Shown here one piece after another: positions 37,488 through 50,849 of a stretch of 64,000 nt of DNA. Under the pieces are notes generated by a model, which was given only the letters and a program-made list of their open reading frames with translations, did no database searches and was not told where the DNA came from. The stretch comes from Octopus sinensis (Eukaryota), in the NCBI RefSeq assembly GCF_006345805.1, contig NC_042998.1:108190001-108254000 (forward strand). The letters are read 5' to 3'. Made by a program: the position numbers and the translations under genes. The first letter of the stretch is position 1. Each line of letters opens with the position of its first letter.

Positions 37488-37655
37488 AAGGCGGCGTGCT
37501 GGCAGAATCGTTAGCACGCAGGGCAAAATACTTAGTGGCATTTTGTCCGTCTTTACGATCCGAGTTCAAATTCCACTGAGTTCGACTTTGCCTTTCATCC
37601 TTTCGACTCCATCCTGCCCCCTAAAGTTGTTGGCCTTGTGCTAGAATTTGAAACC
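37488..37655 (+). mobile_element. SINE family A
   Basis: aaggcggcgtgctggcagaatcgttagcacg...gttcaaattcc...aatttgaaacc. Confidence 0.85.
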
Positions 37656-38799
37656 ATTATTATAATTGTTGTTGTAAGGTCCAGGATTTGGGCTATCATT
37701 CCTATGCCGACTATTATTTAAGAATTGTTGCAGCCTTCAATCTCCAAATTCTGGTTATCTCTGTTTCGAGATCTTTATATTTTGAGTGGCGTATTTTTAA
37801 AATTCAGTCATTATTTTCTTTGTCTTTCTACTTAGTCGTGTTAATTTACTTAGAGTTCAGTTAAGAATATATTATAGCTGTATAGATTATTACTCGGACA
37901 GTAATGTCTTTTATCGTCTTTTTTTTCAAAAATTTAGCACTACTTTAAATCGCAATTTCATGCCTCGATGAAATATTTCTTCCTAATGATTTCTTTCATT
38001 TGTGTGTTTTTTACTCTGTCTAGTTCAAGCGACTGCGCAGAATAAAAAAAAAATCATCAGCTTTTCCCAAGAGTGATTATGTATTTTATATCCAGCATTT
38101 TGAAGATAATAGTTTGGTCGTAGTTTATCAAACTGATTAACCATAGGTTCTAAGCATTTTCGATGGCGAGGTCAACAAAAATTATGCGTACAAACTTGGG
38201 CAGAGTAAAGATATTTTTGTTCGACTGATCGTTTTATCGGTAATTTCCGTGTCGTGCGTATCTTTCACTATTGGCACGTTTAAGTACACACACTCTCGAC
38301 GGACTTCTGCATAGACTCGAGAACAGGGATGCAAGAGCGCCAACTGAAATTACTTGGGGTAACGAAAACGCTTTGAACATCCTCGATTGAACTTGGGTTT
38401 GCATCCCCTAAGCAAATTTCGTTCCTGCGCTTATGGACTTCTGTACAGTTTCTGTCTTTTAATTTAAACTCACAAAGTATTTGTCAACTAGAGTTTGTAG
38501 TATGAGACACTCAATATGCGGCGTGGAGGAATGAAAGCTGAAATTACGTTGTTGTGAAGAGGTCTACTAAAAGACAAAGCAATGTTTTTTTCACATTAAG
38601 GATGAATACGTACTGAATGTAAAACATGTCTCAACTATTTTTGTTTCTCTGAAAAGTTACAGCAACAGTATATGTTGGTTGAGAAGATAGAATGTGAATG
38701 AACCAGCAAAGTCAACTACGTATGATAAACTGTTTACCTATGAGAAATAGCAGTCATATATACCGCATACCATAACTTGCTGTTTAACCTGGGGTTAAA

Positions 38800-39115
38800 A
38801 GCATTGATATAGACAACAACAGAATTAACATCACCAACAGCAGCAGCAGTAGCAACATCAACAGGAATAGGAGCAGCGACATCAACGTCATCATCATGAT
38901 CATCACCGCTGCTACCACTACCACCGTCACCACCACCACCACCACCACCACCACCACCACCACCACCCCACCACCACCACCACCACCATCACTGCCACCA
39001 CCACTGCAACCACCACTGCCACCACCGCCGCCGCCGCCGCCGCCACCACCACCACCGCCACCGCCGCCGCCGCCGTCAATAACAACAACAGCAACAATAA
39101 CAGTAACAATAACAT
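38800..39115. repeat. Compound trinucleotide array (AAC/AGC/ATC/ACC/GCC)n
   Basis: Gradual unit changes along the array; no splice context seen. Confidence 0.85.
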
Positions 39116-40620
39116 GACCACGTCATTCTGAACATTGTTCTTGCACGTGATGGTAATTTACAAGCCAAGAAAAAATGTGCGAAGTGTGTAAACAACTGAG
39201 AATCGTAACTCACAGCAAAGATCGAGTGAGGACTTCAATTTCTGCAGCAACAATCTAGAATCAGAGAAATAAATGATGATAATAAGAATCAGAAGAAAAC
39301 CTAAAAATTTGATTTTATCTTTGATCGATTTTGTTGCTAAAGTACACCTAGCACAGATCGAAACTTCTATTTGGACATTGAATGTGTTATTGTATTGTAT
39401 TACAATTACCATTGGACAACAATTGGGTGCAACCGAGATCGATCGGAAATGACAGGAAATGATAGGAAAACTACCAAAAATAGATCAACCTTTCTTCAAA
39501 ATAACTTCAACAGATTATGGAGAAACATCGGACAAGTGGGGAGGATGATGCCATTTGGTGCCAAATAAACAATAAATTTACAAACTTGCAGCTACAACTT
39601 AATGATAGGGTATTTTGAATATATATATATAGGAATTGACCATTGTAGACAACAGGTCAACTTTATAGTTCTTAAACAAAAACTATATGAAGTAACTAAA
39701 AAATCTTTGCTTCCGTAAATTTGTATCGGGTATATATTTTACACTGTAGTATGAACACCCAAAATTCGAGAATAGTAAACATTCCGTTCTAGGATGGTTT
39801 GAGGAAATTTGGGGGTAAGAATCTGTAATATATCTAAACAGAACAACCACAGTAACTAATCAAGTTACAGAGCGAATACTGTGGAGTGCCTGACCTAAAA
39901 TTTATGAGGATTTCCCTGAAATAATTAAAAACTTGAGGGAGGGACATAGTCGTATATTGGAATTGGAAGGCACGTTCTGTATGATTCTTGGCCACATGGT
40001 AAAAGAAAAATAATGAATGCCGAGTTTGACATGCTAGACTGTTTAGTAGTTGAACGGTCAACCCTCAGAGCTAAAAATTGGGAGACGTGTATCGCAAAAA
40101 GCTATTGACTTATAACGTAATTGAACGTCACATATAAATTATATATGTTGCTTAAATACGTTCCTCTAAGTCTACTGTGAAATAAACATGATGATTAATG
40201 AGTAAGAAGTGAGCGAAATGAAAGTGGGTTTTGGTTAGTCCTAACGAATCTACATAAACAAATCTGCCTTCAATAGACTAAGCAGGCATTTGTCCCTTAA
40301 TTATGGCTATTTGAGTAACTCTGCTTTGTCAAGGCATCGAATGTGGCTAACATTGGTCTATCTATTTCCTTTGAGGATAACTAACATTTCAGAGTTGATA
40401 ATTATGTAATGCTAAACATGTACTGAAACTACTTCAGGGTTCCTGAAAACAAACTTTTGAAATTCAACAATTCTATGTTATGAACAATCTAAGTAAGTCA
40501 GTTTCTTTTTGGCGACATAATTTAGTTAAAGGAGGGAGAAAATTGTTCATGTCCCTATAAGAGGCCTCCTGACTGAAGGACAGTAGAAAGTTATCCTGAG
40601 TCCAGAGACGTGGCCTTTAA

Positions 40621-40836
40621 TCATTTAAGATTAAATCCGGTCATATCCAACCTGAATATTCTGTTTTATGTTGAAATCGGCCATATTTAGCCTCTCACAT
40701 CTATCTTACAATGTCATTCTAAATATAAACAATCACATCATCAAAATCTCAAAACTACGAAATGATGCATGGTTAATTCAAAACAATGTGAATAAATATG
40801 CCTTACATTTGATAGAGTAATCTGAATACTAAATGG
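40621..40836. mobile_element. piggyBac-type MITE (TTAA flanks)
   Basis: TTAA at 40617-40620 and 40837-40840; decayed termini tcatttaa / ctaaatgg; 216 bp; non-coding. Confidence 0.5.
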
Positions 40837-40900
40837 TTAACACCTCTAACAGAATGAATTCCTTTAACAGAACATAAGGGTCAGGTGATGGTGCTAAATT

Positions 40901-40950
40901 GGCCAACGGATTAAGTCAAAAATAAGGCCAACGGATTAAGTCAAAAATAA
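40901..40950 (+). repeat. Perfect 25-bp tandem duplication
   Basis: ggccaacggattaagtcaaaaataa occurs twice. Confidence 0.95.
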
Positions 40951-41619
40951 GGGCAAAGTATCAAATTCAACAAAAAAGTCGATACGAGGCTAAGATAGAA
41001 AACATTTGTTCAAAGTACTACACAATGAAACTGATCCTGAAATCACGTATATGTGAAGCGAATTTGTTTATTACACATTGCTTCTTCCCAATTGTAAGCC
41101 ATCATTCATAAAGTCATGCATAAACTGTAATCTAATGTCTATTTATTTACAACATCCAATGCGCCATGTTATGGAAAAACAACTAATGGTTATCATTAAG
41201 ACAATATACAAACAGTAGAAAAAATTGTTATAAATAAAATAATTTCTTAGGGGTGGAGAATTGGTAGTATTTATGGCAGTTTTATAAACAAATGATCATT
41301 TATTCACGGGTGTTTGCCAGATTAATAAAATTATTTTTATTCGTCTTTTGCAATGGTAATAATTTGTTGTTTCTTCCTAGGCAGTAAGTGTTATTTGTTA
41401 ATAGAAATGAATAGAAAATGGCTATCGTCTCCTAGATGATAGTTTGTAATTTACGTATTTCTAATAGGAAAACGGTCGAGTTTGCACAATCTTATTCACA
41501 TCAGGTCAGAAAAGAACAATATAGGAATCAGGCTTAATATGTACTCGTACTTTGTGAACACAAGTGAACAGAGTTGACGTGAGGAGATTTTGAGATTTTT
41601 TATTCTAATTTAAATTAAT

Positions 41620-41870
41620 TTCAACTACATCCCACGCACCCCACCCGAAATAGTCTTCTATCATATTTTCATTGTGCGTTCTTTGGTAGCGGGGTTCAAA
41701 ATCTAGTATATCTTGGTGAAAACACTTGCCTTGATCTGCGTACGTTCCCATGTTGAATTTAACAATTTGGGCGTCTAGGATACGAAATTTCGAGTATCCT
41801 ACATTCCATTTTCTTCACCAGCCTCGCCACATAATTTTTCTGCCTTGTGGTTGCCCAGAAAATAGCGAAT
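41620..41870 (-). mobile_element. Chapaev3-like DNA transposase C-terminal remnant
   Basis: FLGNHKAENY... and FRILDAQ..KFNMGTYADQGKCFHQDILDFEPRYQ...NENMIEDY resemble the EEQGERFHQDI motif. The superfamily assignment is from memory. Confidence 0.5.
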
Positions 41871-43699
41871 GACTGAAAAAAAAACCTTGTTGTTTTAAGT
41901 TGCATTTTCCTTTCTACTATTTATTTTGTGCACTCCTGGTTTCTTCTTATTCTTTTGTTCTACAAAACTCTCTGCTTTGTCTTTTGTTGCAGTCTCCTTA
42001 TCAAAAGCCGCGAAAATTGTTTCATAAGACTCAATATTATGTATAATGGCAGAAATAGTATTTTTCAGAAAGTCACCAAAAGCTCATACTTTTTAATCAT
42101 ATTATACGTAAGGCCTCTAGGTGTTCACGCTGTTGTATTCTCTGAGGCACATTTGTAGTCGGGGAAGAGATGAATACTTTTCTCATTATAGTACAGTATG
42201 ACGTGGAAGCTCTTTGATGAGCTGTCAATGAAGAGGCGTCATTCATTTGGATTACAAGCAATTCCGATTGCGCACTAACATTTTAATATTATATTACAGT
42301 GAAAAATTGATTGAGCATCAACTGTCAAATCGTTGGTTTGTACACAATAATCAGTACGTACTGTACTAGGCCAAGTAACTTACAATGGCCCGTTCCACCT
42401 AGTTGTTAATAGACACAGTAGAGCGGCATAAGGCTATCCATTGCTGGAAGTGGAGGCATTTTATATTTCAAACATATTTTGTCCGTAAATTTATCGCTAC
42501 TGGATTTAAAATTTTCCTTTGAAGCTTCTGAAGACAAATGGGACACCTTCCTAGGACAATATTGTTTAAAAATTCTGTTAAAATGGTTTCATCTCTGGAA
42601 GCTGCAATCGATTATAGAATCTGCGTAGAAGAATATTACAAATTATGCATAGTAATCATTTCTAACTTTAATAAATAATGATTTCTCACTTAGAATTGCT
42701 CTATATTAATAGATTGACAAGTATTAATAGTTGATCACACATCAAATTAAATGATATTTTGCATGGAAGTAATAATCAATCATAGAATGGAACAAATCCA
42801 TTTACAATATATGTTAGGGTAAAACACTTGCCCTATAATATGATCTTGAGGAATATATTATTCATAGTACGGTGAAAGCTGTTGATTAAATCATGGATAA
42901 TATTATCAAACGGCTGTTATTAACAAAAGTTATATTCTGCATTTATCAACCGACTCTGTTTAAAACTGTTCAAATAAGCGGCTTCCACGGTACATATTTA
43001 TCAGATGGAGAATAATGTGTAAGTATGGGTGGATGAGAGGGGTGATTATTTGCATCATATGGGATATGAGGATAATATTACAGCCAAAGTTCTATCACAT
43101 ACATATCTCTCTATTGGTTGCATAGAAAATTAGATGGCAAGTACATTTATGGTCAGGTATTTATTTACGAAGACATATTTTCAGTGTTACATCTTTTAAA
43201 TTTCCTTACATGAAATATATATATATATATATATGCATGTAGTTTATAGTTCTATAATCTAATGCATCATATGTTGCATACATTATACGAATGTATATAT
43301 ATATATACACAAACACTTGACTATATATACATAAACATATGTATATGTACATATATGCACATATATTTATAAAATTGTCTAGTTGCTGTCGTTTAACTTC
43401 CCGTAAAGGCGATTTGTTTCTGGGCCTATCTCTTTATTGGCAAGACAGGAAACTGAAAGAAGAGTGTATGAACATACACACAAGATCATAGTAATTGCAC
43501 TGGTCAGTTGATATTCAAATGAATTTAATTAGTACTTACATTAAGGTAACATACACTGTTATGAAAAAGTGAGTCAGAGAATGCAGATAGGATACAATAC
43601 GAATATTTTTACATACTGTAATTCTAAACGAATAAAGGTCTCTTTAAACGCACTTTCAATGTGTGGCTTGATGATGATGATACAACAGATACAAGGCCT

Positions 43700-44175
43700 G
43701 CAATTGTGGGTGAGGGGGCTTGTCGATAACATTGGCTCTAGTGCTCAACTGGTACTTATTTTATCGACTCCGGAAGGATGAGAAGCAAATTCAACTTCGG
43801 AGGAATTTGAACTCAGAACGTAAAGATGCAAGATATGTCACTAAACATTTTGTGCGGCGTGCGTGCTCAGCTGGTATTTATTTTATCGACTTCGAATGAA
43901 TGAAGGTTTGTATTTATTCAAAACGTAAAGAACTGTAAGAAATGTACGAAGCATTTTGTTCGATGCGCTAACGATTCTGCCGGCCCGCCGCTCTAATAAT
44001 AATATCGATTTATTTCAAATTTTCACACAAGGCCAGCAATTTTGAAAGAAAAATCAAGTTGATTACATCGATCTCATTATATCACCGATACGCGAAAGGA
44101 TGAAAAGCAAAGTTCACCTGGCGGAATTTGAACTCAGAACCTAGAGTCGGAACAAATGCCGCTAAGTATTTTGTA
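43700..44175 (-). mobile_element. Cluster of about three decayed SINE family A units
   Basis: Repeated ttattttatcgac...gaaggatga...aatttgaactcagaac blocks. Confidence 0.75.
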
Positions 44176-44314
44176 TGGGGCTTAAACAACTTAATGATAT
44201 ATTTTAAACTTGGATATACGAAACTGGAATTTGTCAACTCCCATATGGAGCAACCATAATAGCTCGCTTTGACCGAAGTCAAAGACGGCTGTGCAGTATG
44301 TGATGGTCTCTGTC

Positions 44315-44760
44315 CCTGCCTTTGCCTTTCATCCTTTCGGGGTCGATAAATTAAGTACCAGTTACGCACTGGGGTCGATATAATCGACTTAATACCTATG
44401 TCTGTCCATGTTTGTCCCCTCTATGTTTAGCCCCTTGTGGGTAATAAAGAAATAGGTATGTGTCCTGATGTAATTGTTGGGCGTTGTGAGCTATTGAGTG
44501 CAGACTTCTGAAATTTACAACGTTTAGACCAAAACAGTAATAAATAATGGTTTCAAAGTTTGGCATAGGGCCCAGTAGTTTTGGATTGAGGGGAGTTAGT
44601 CGATTACATCGACCCCACTGTTCGACTGATACTTATTTTATCCACCTCGAAAGGATGAAAGGCAAAGTAGACCTCGGGGGAATTTGTATTCAGAACGTAA
44701 AGTCGAACTAAATGCCGCTAAGCATTTTGTGCGGCTTGCTTACGATTCTGCTAGCTCACC
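44315..44760. mobile_element. Two convergent SINE family A copies (+ at 44315-44460, - at 44545-44760)
   Basis: Plus-strand tail ...gtgggtaataaagaaatagg; the minus copy has the head gcaagccgcacaaaatgcttagcggc. Confidence 0.8.
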
Positions 44761-44959
44761 GTCGTCAAAACGGTAATAGATAATACAAATAACCATAAAA
44801 TACCTAAAATATTCAAAATACATATACACGAAAGTATGCAATTACAAAGTTCTACCACCACCTGTAGCTGCAATTTAACATTTAACAAGACCTGGTTGCT
44901 CTGCCTTTCTTCGCTGAGAAGAAAGCAATTAGATCATTATCAAAGAAGTTTCCTGCGGG

Positions 44960-45470
44960 ATGATTGCAGTTAGTACAGCTCTTTGTTTGCTCGTTAAACC
45001 TGTTAAAGCATCTGCTCAAAATATGGCGTTCAATGAAATAGATGCCCTGAACCCAGATATAACTTTTCTTTGTAGATAACTTGAAACTGAATGAATCGAG
45101 CATTAACTACATCAATAAACAAGTGTATCTCATTACACAAAATCTCATAGAAATTGAAATGAAATTTCGTGAGATCTTCAATTGTGCACTTTAGTGATAA
45201 GATGAAAAAAAACCCTTGCTTTCTGTTAAATATTCTTAACATGAATGAAATTACAACAATGCCTGTAAAGCTGGGTGAGAACAAGTGTCTTGAACAAAAT
45301 GGCAGATGACTTAAGGCGAGAGAAAAAGAAATTCATTAAAAGAGTATAGTCATCACAACTCTCAGCCCACGACAACTTTAAGCTCACAACTTTGCAGTGA
45401 CTATCCCGACTTTTGGAATGGGAACTGCTCGTGGTTATTGGAAATTTCAACATTTAGACATTATATTTCT
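44960..45470 (+). mobile_element. Possible ancient APE-endonuclease LINE fragment
   Basis: SAQNMAFNEIDALNPDITFLC and LLVVIGNFNI resemble APE motifs; many stops. Confidence 0.3.
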
Positions 45471-46559
45471 AACACAAGGAAGGTGTCTACGGTCATAAAT
45501 CAATATTACCTATGAGGTTCTGATTTTCACACTGAAACATCTATAGCAGAGAGAAAAGAAAAGAAGTTCACCAACGAACTTTTCAAGATTGCGAATAGGA
45601 AAAGAAAAACAGTAGTTAAATAACTTGAGTAAGAAAATGATATAAAAGTTGACACTGATCTCAAAGAGCATTAGAAATACCACTTAACACACACACACAC
45701 ACACACACACAACACACACACACACACATAATATTAAAAGAGTGTACTTCAAATGAAAAAGACAAACCGTAGTGAGAATAAACCACATTAAAAGCATAGC
45801 AGGATCCAACGGCAAATTTAACATCTCACCTGAAAGGTTACGTTTAAGCAATCCTGGTGCAAGAAATTCCCACCAAATATTTTCCAAACAAAAAATTAAA
45901 GAACAATCAGTTGACAATTGAAAATATCAGCTACACAATTGCTGAATGTGAAAGAATGTCTGAAAAATACCACTGCTGCATGAGGCATAATATGGTTGCC
46001 ATAGTAATCTAGAATGTAATCAGAATCAGAAATATAACAACAATCAATAAGGTGAGTTCACTGCGACAACTGAATGAAAAAGATATTAGCAGAAAATAAA
46101 AGTAATTAAAAAATGCATCCAAGCAAAATTGAAACGGAACTGACATATTCCATATTTTTATTTGGGTCTACAATGTAAAAATATGTGTTGCTGAGAAATT
46201 CACGACAGTGTAGGAAAAAGTACAGAGGAAAAGCATTAACGAATCACTAGTAAAGAATCTTGAAAAATAGTTCCGAAATTACTCTTTAAATTCATAGTCT
46301 TTGTTATTAGGACGACAGGATATAAATCAAACTGTTCGGATGAATGTATGTTAGAACTTCGAGATAGAAAGAGATCTATACTTCATGCGCTATTATGTTT
46401 TTTCAAATTGTGTTCACCATCAACTGTGGATAACTACAATCATTTGATAAGACTACACACACACACACACGCGCGCGCGCGCATATATTCTACAAGCACC
46501 TATGAAAGCAACAGTTTGACACACCATGACACACCAGTCTGGAGTCACCGACTGTTTCA

Positions 46560-46800
46560 GACCTTACATCATATACCCTTATCCAGGCAAGCTGATCTAC
46601 GTTGGTCACCTCTTTTCATCTTGACTCTTCTAGATGCTTTTCTCAGCAGCCTCTATGATAGTTTTGGTGCCTCCACTACTCATTCCTCACATAGTAAGGC
46701 TTCATAAGCTTTACTGAGGGAACGACCTGCGAATCCTCGACTGCACACTTCAAGAGGTAATCAGGCAAAATTGCAATTCTCCACCATTTCATGGTGCTTT
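46560..46800 (-). mobile_element. Hero/NeSL-like RLE retrotransposon C-terminal remnant
   Basis: LEVCSRGFAGRSLSKAYEAL...IIEAAEK(A)SRRVKMKRGDQ. Confidence 0.55.
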
Positions 46801-46854
46801 GTTCACTTTCTCTTTTGTACTACACACACACGCGCGCTCGCATGCGCACGCACT

Positions 46855-46972
46855 CACAATTTAAAGCCTGGTACTTATTATATCGATCTTTTTTGCGAAC
46901 CGTTAAGTTACAGAGACATAAACACAATCCTCAGCACGCACGCACACACACACTCACACACACACACACACA

Positions 46973-47003
<31 letters not shown>

Positions 47004-47170
47004 CACGATAAGCTTCTCTCAGTTTCCGTCCACCAAATCTGCTTACAAGGCTTTGGTCGTCCCGAGGCTACAACCGAAGACACTTGCCCAAGGAGCCACG
47101 CAGTGGGACTGAAACCAGAATCGTGTAGTTGGGAAGCAAACTTCTTACCACACAGCCATGCCTGCGCCTA
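46855..47170 (-). mobile_element. SINE family B (3' truncated)
   Basis: Homologous to 11790-12104. Confidence 0.85.
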
Positions 47171-47559
47171 TATATGTGCGTGTGTGTGCATGTATGTGAG
47201 TGTGTGTGTGTGCGCATGTGTATGTGTGCACACACACATACATGCACACACACACACACTAACACACACGCCATTTCTTACTTTACAGAAATATATAGAT
47301 TCCAAAGAATTAAAAAGAAATACGAGCTGTTTAACGAGTAGAAGATGCTAAAATAGTACCACACTTAATAATTACTAGTCGATATAATGGACTAAACTGT
47401 TGAGGGCAATGCTCCATCTCTGCCGCAATTTAATGACTGAAACTAGTAAATGTATTAAAAATATATATATGCATATACATATACAAACATACATGCATAC
47501 GTAATGCACCCACACAGAGATACAATCATATATAGAGATATATTAGTGCATTCATCTCT

Positions 47560-48090
47560 GTATATATGAATGCATACTCATACATACAAACATAATACTT
47601 CAATACACATACATGCATACGTGCATGCATAGATAGATAGATAGATATATAGATAGATAGATAGATAGATAGATGCATACATACATACATACATACATAC
47701 ATACATACATACATACATTCATACATACATACATACATACATACATACATACATACATACATACATACAAAAGTACCAATGAAGGAACCTTGGATCTAGG
47801 TTAGAAACCGGCTCTTTCTCTGTGGCAATAAATCTTGAAAGAAACTGAATAATGACATACATACATACATACATACTACATACATACATACATACATACA
47901 TACATTCATACATACATACATACATACATACATACATACATACATACATACAAAAGTACCAATGAAGGAACCTTGGATCTAGGTTAGAAACCGGCTCTTT
48001 CTCTGTTGGCAATAAATCTTGAAAGAAACTGAATAATGACATACATACATACATACATACATACATACATACATACATACATACATACAT
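47560..48090 (+). repeat. (CATA)n/(GATA)n array containing two ~90-bp near-identical inserts (47768-47856 and 47951-48040)
   Basis: caaaagtaccaatgaaggaaccttggatctaggttagaaaccggctctttctctg(t)tggcaataaatcttgaaagaaactgaataatgac occurs twice. Confidence 0.92.
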
Positions 48091-48330
48091 GATGGCTGCC
48101 CCCTCGTTATCGAGTATGGCCATTGCACGAAGCTTAACTGTTACTGGTGCTGTGATCGAATGTAACTTTTTAGCCCAGCTAAAGACCTACAATGTCTTGT
48201 ACAGAATTGGCAGCTAAAACCTTTACCGGTAATAGCCGGCTGTAGTTGTAACTGGGCTTCATGTACCTTTGCATGTCGTTTAAGTCCTCCTGCTGAATTA
48301 CACTCTCTTCCATATGCCCGATAGATATGA
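48091..48330 (-). mobile_element. LINE (RTE-like) 3' end with two C2H2-type fingers and a (TATG)n tail
   Basis: ..YGRECNSAGGLKRHAKVH and FSCQFCTRHCRSLAGLKSYIRSQH, a stop, a short UTR ending ggcagccatc, then (atgt)n. Confidence 0.6.
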
Positions 48331-48828
48331 TACATACATACATACATACATACATGTATGCTTAAATACATACGTACTAAGACAATCGCCGGTGCAGGAA
48401 TGCATATACACACATGTATATGTAAATATATTCTAGCTAGTATCAAATCGTTTGCTTGAGGTGAATTATGACTACAGTGAGTTTAATTGATACTGAATGA
48501 ATCGTCATAATTTGCATTATCATCATTTGATATCTTTGTCAAAGAGAGAGAGAGGAGAGAGAGAAGGGGAGAGAGAGAGAGAGAGAAAGAGAGAACGAGA
48601 GGAAGAAAGTGAAAGAGGGCGCAAGGCAGAGAGGGAGGAGGGGAAGACAGAGAAATGGAGTGGGAGAACGAGAAGGGGCTAAATGGAGAGAGAGAAAGGG
48701 AGGAGAAGTGAGAGAAAGATAGAGCGAAAGAGAGGGAAGGAGAATGGTTTGTTATTTGCCATTGTAACAGAAAGATCTTCAGAGATTTAACAGATCATTT
48801 AAAGCAGATATAAATAGTTTTCTCTTGC

Positions 48829-48829
<1 letters not shown>

Positions 48830-48886
<57 letters not shown>

Positions 48887-48912
48887 TAATAATAATAATG
48901 ATAGTAGTAGTT

Positions 48913-48983
<71 letters not shown>

Positions 48984-49021
48984 TAATAATAATAATAATA
49001 ATAATAATGATAGTAGTAGTT

Positions 49022-49095
<74 letters not shown>
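48830..49095. repeat. Compound (TAA)n(TAG)n array, duplicated at higher order
   Basis: aatgatagtagtagttgtagtag(tag)n occurs twice. Confidence 0.9.
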
Positions 49096-50074
49096 CCAAG
49101 CGTTATTGATAGATGTTTTTAACAAAAGTCTCAACTGTTATCGCAACCACATATCTATTTATTTTCAATTCCTTGTCTGCAGGCCAACTGGCTTCTTTAC
49201 AAACTTGAATATCATATAATCAGTGGTAGCATAACATACTTTATGATTTTCATCTTAATTATATATGACCTCTGAGTAAGCTAATTGATCAAGTCTTGCC
49301 AAGTTGGAGATAATTATTACGGAAATAAGATTTTTTTGTTTGTTTTTATACAAGCCTTAAAAAAGCCAATGATTTTTTTTATTAATACCTCTATTTTGTA
49401 TTTTATACAGAAATGAAGTGAAGTAGTACTACTACGATAAAAGTTAGTCGTGAGGTATAAAATTTAGTAACTTAGAATATGAACTTGATGTTTGTCCTCA
49501 CTTACATTTATAGATAAACATTTGAAAATAATTATCGAAATCTGTTTTCTTAAAAATAAAAAAGCAAGAAGTATTATGCTGTTTCACTTTCACTACAAAA
49601 AACATTTTGCAAATTATCTCCATCTATCGACTAGAACTAGCGCTTTTTTTTCTAAAAGTTATTTAGTCAGAAAAGGGAAGACGTCACACCTTTGGCTCTT
49701 TGACTCCTCCGAAGCTGGTGTGATGGATGAAAAGAGGAACTCATCCGCAAACCGGAAACCAAACCTGAATTCTTGAAACTGAGTGAATTGCAGTAAAGGC
49801 ACCCAAGGGCCAAGTGGTGATATTAAACCGAGGATTCATATAGTAAAACTACAACGTGCATGATGACGAATATGTGACATGTCCCATTCCTTCACCAGCG
49901 TCTTAAGTTAATCATCTCTCAGGGCATCACTGTTCTTCTTTATAAATATATTATATATAGTTTTGTCAGAATCTGTGTATTCAATATGATATTACATACA
50001 TCAATATCATTCTCTCTTTCTCGCATACATTTTCCTTTTTCTTTCTCCGTCTCTCTCTCTCTCCCTCTCCCTCT

Positions 50075-50109
<35 letters not shown>

Positions 50110-50550
50110 TCACATGTATGTGTAAATATATGTATGTGTGTGTATATATATATATTATATGAAGGGTGGATTATAAAATTCTTATGTAAGTCGTGTATGT
50201 ATAGTTACTAATTTGTATTTAGAAATGTTAGGTAGTGCAGAGGTAGAAATATGGCTATAAGAACGCTCATCATTAAGCGAGTATAGAAGTAGAAAATCAG
50301 ATAAGCAATAGCAAGCATAAGGAATATATTTTTACAAAGAGTTGCACATGCAATTTACGGGATTTAATCAAGTATTATCTTTATACCTGTTTCAGATCAT
50401 CGATGCCTGTTATGCAAAGAAGTCCAATATTGAAACAATATTCTAGGCATACATAAATGTAAAGGAAAAGTGGATGTAAGGGAAAACTGGCAGGGATTGA
50501 TTGTGAGAGTTCCGTGTTACACACACACGCACACGCACACGCACACGCAC

Positions 50551-50612
<62 letters not shown>

Positions 50613-50849
50613 CACATGCGTACATATACAGAGTGAACCAAATGTTACGAAGAGTTCTGAAATTTTATTAATTTTTTCGGAATTGCATTTTATTGTATTT
50701 TTCTTCACATATTTTATAAATAAGACCTTGGTTTTATTTATAAAATAAATAAAATAAAGATTTATAAAATAAATAAAATAAGAGATTAATCAAGGAAAAA
50801 TTCACTATCAAACAGCTAACACAGATGGTGAAATCTTACCATCAAAGCA

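Noticed and set aside
38896-39117. Polyproline ORF resembling a formin FH1 region
   Set aside because: It is part of a drifting trinucleotide array with no splice sites or flanking domain sequence.
41777-41802. Near-palindrome taggatac-gaaatttc-ga-gtatccta
   Set aside because: It lies inside transposase-derived sequence and is short; probably coincidental.
41993-42107. Candidate plus-strand exon (ttttgttgcag ... gtaagg)
   Set aside because: AT-rich, adjacent to a transposase fossil, and no recognisable protein.
42198-42242. Hairpin atgacgt...gcgtcat as a miRNA candidate
   Set aside because: It needs large asymmetric bulges and the stem is too short.
47768-48040. Repeat-spacer-like pattern suggesting CRISPR
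   Set aside because: Eukaryotic context; the unique parts are identical and the intervening DNA is microsatellite, the opposite of a CRISPR array.
49660-49950. Possible exon on the minus strand, including QEFRFGFRFAD (RFamide-like)
   Set aside because: There are no dibasic cleavage sites or signal peptide. A plus-strand frame with scattered stops looks more like a decayed TE ORF.
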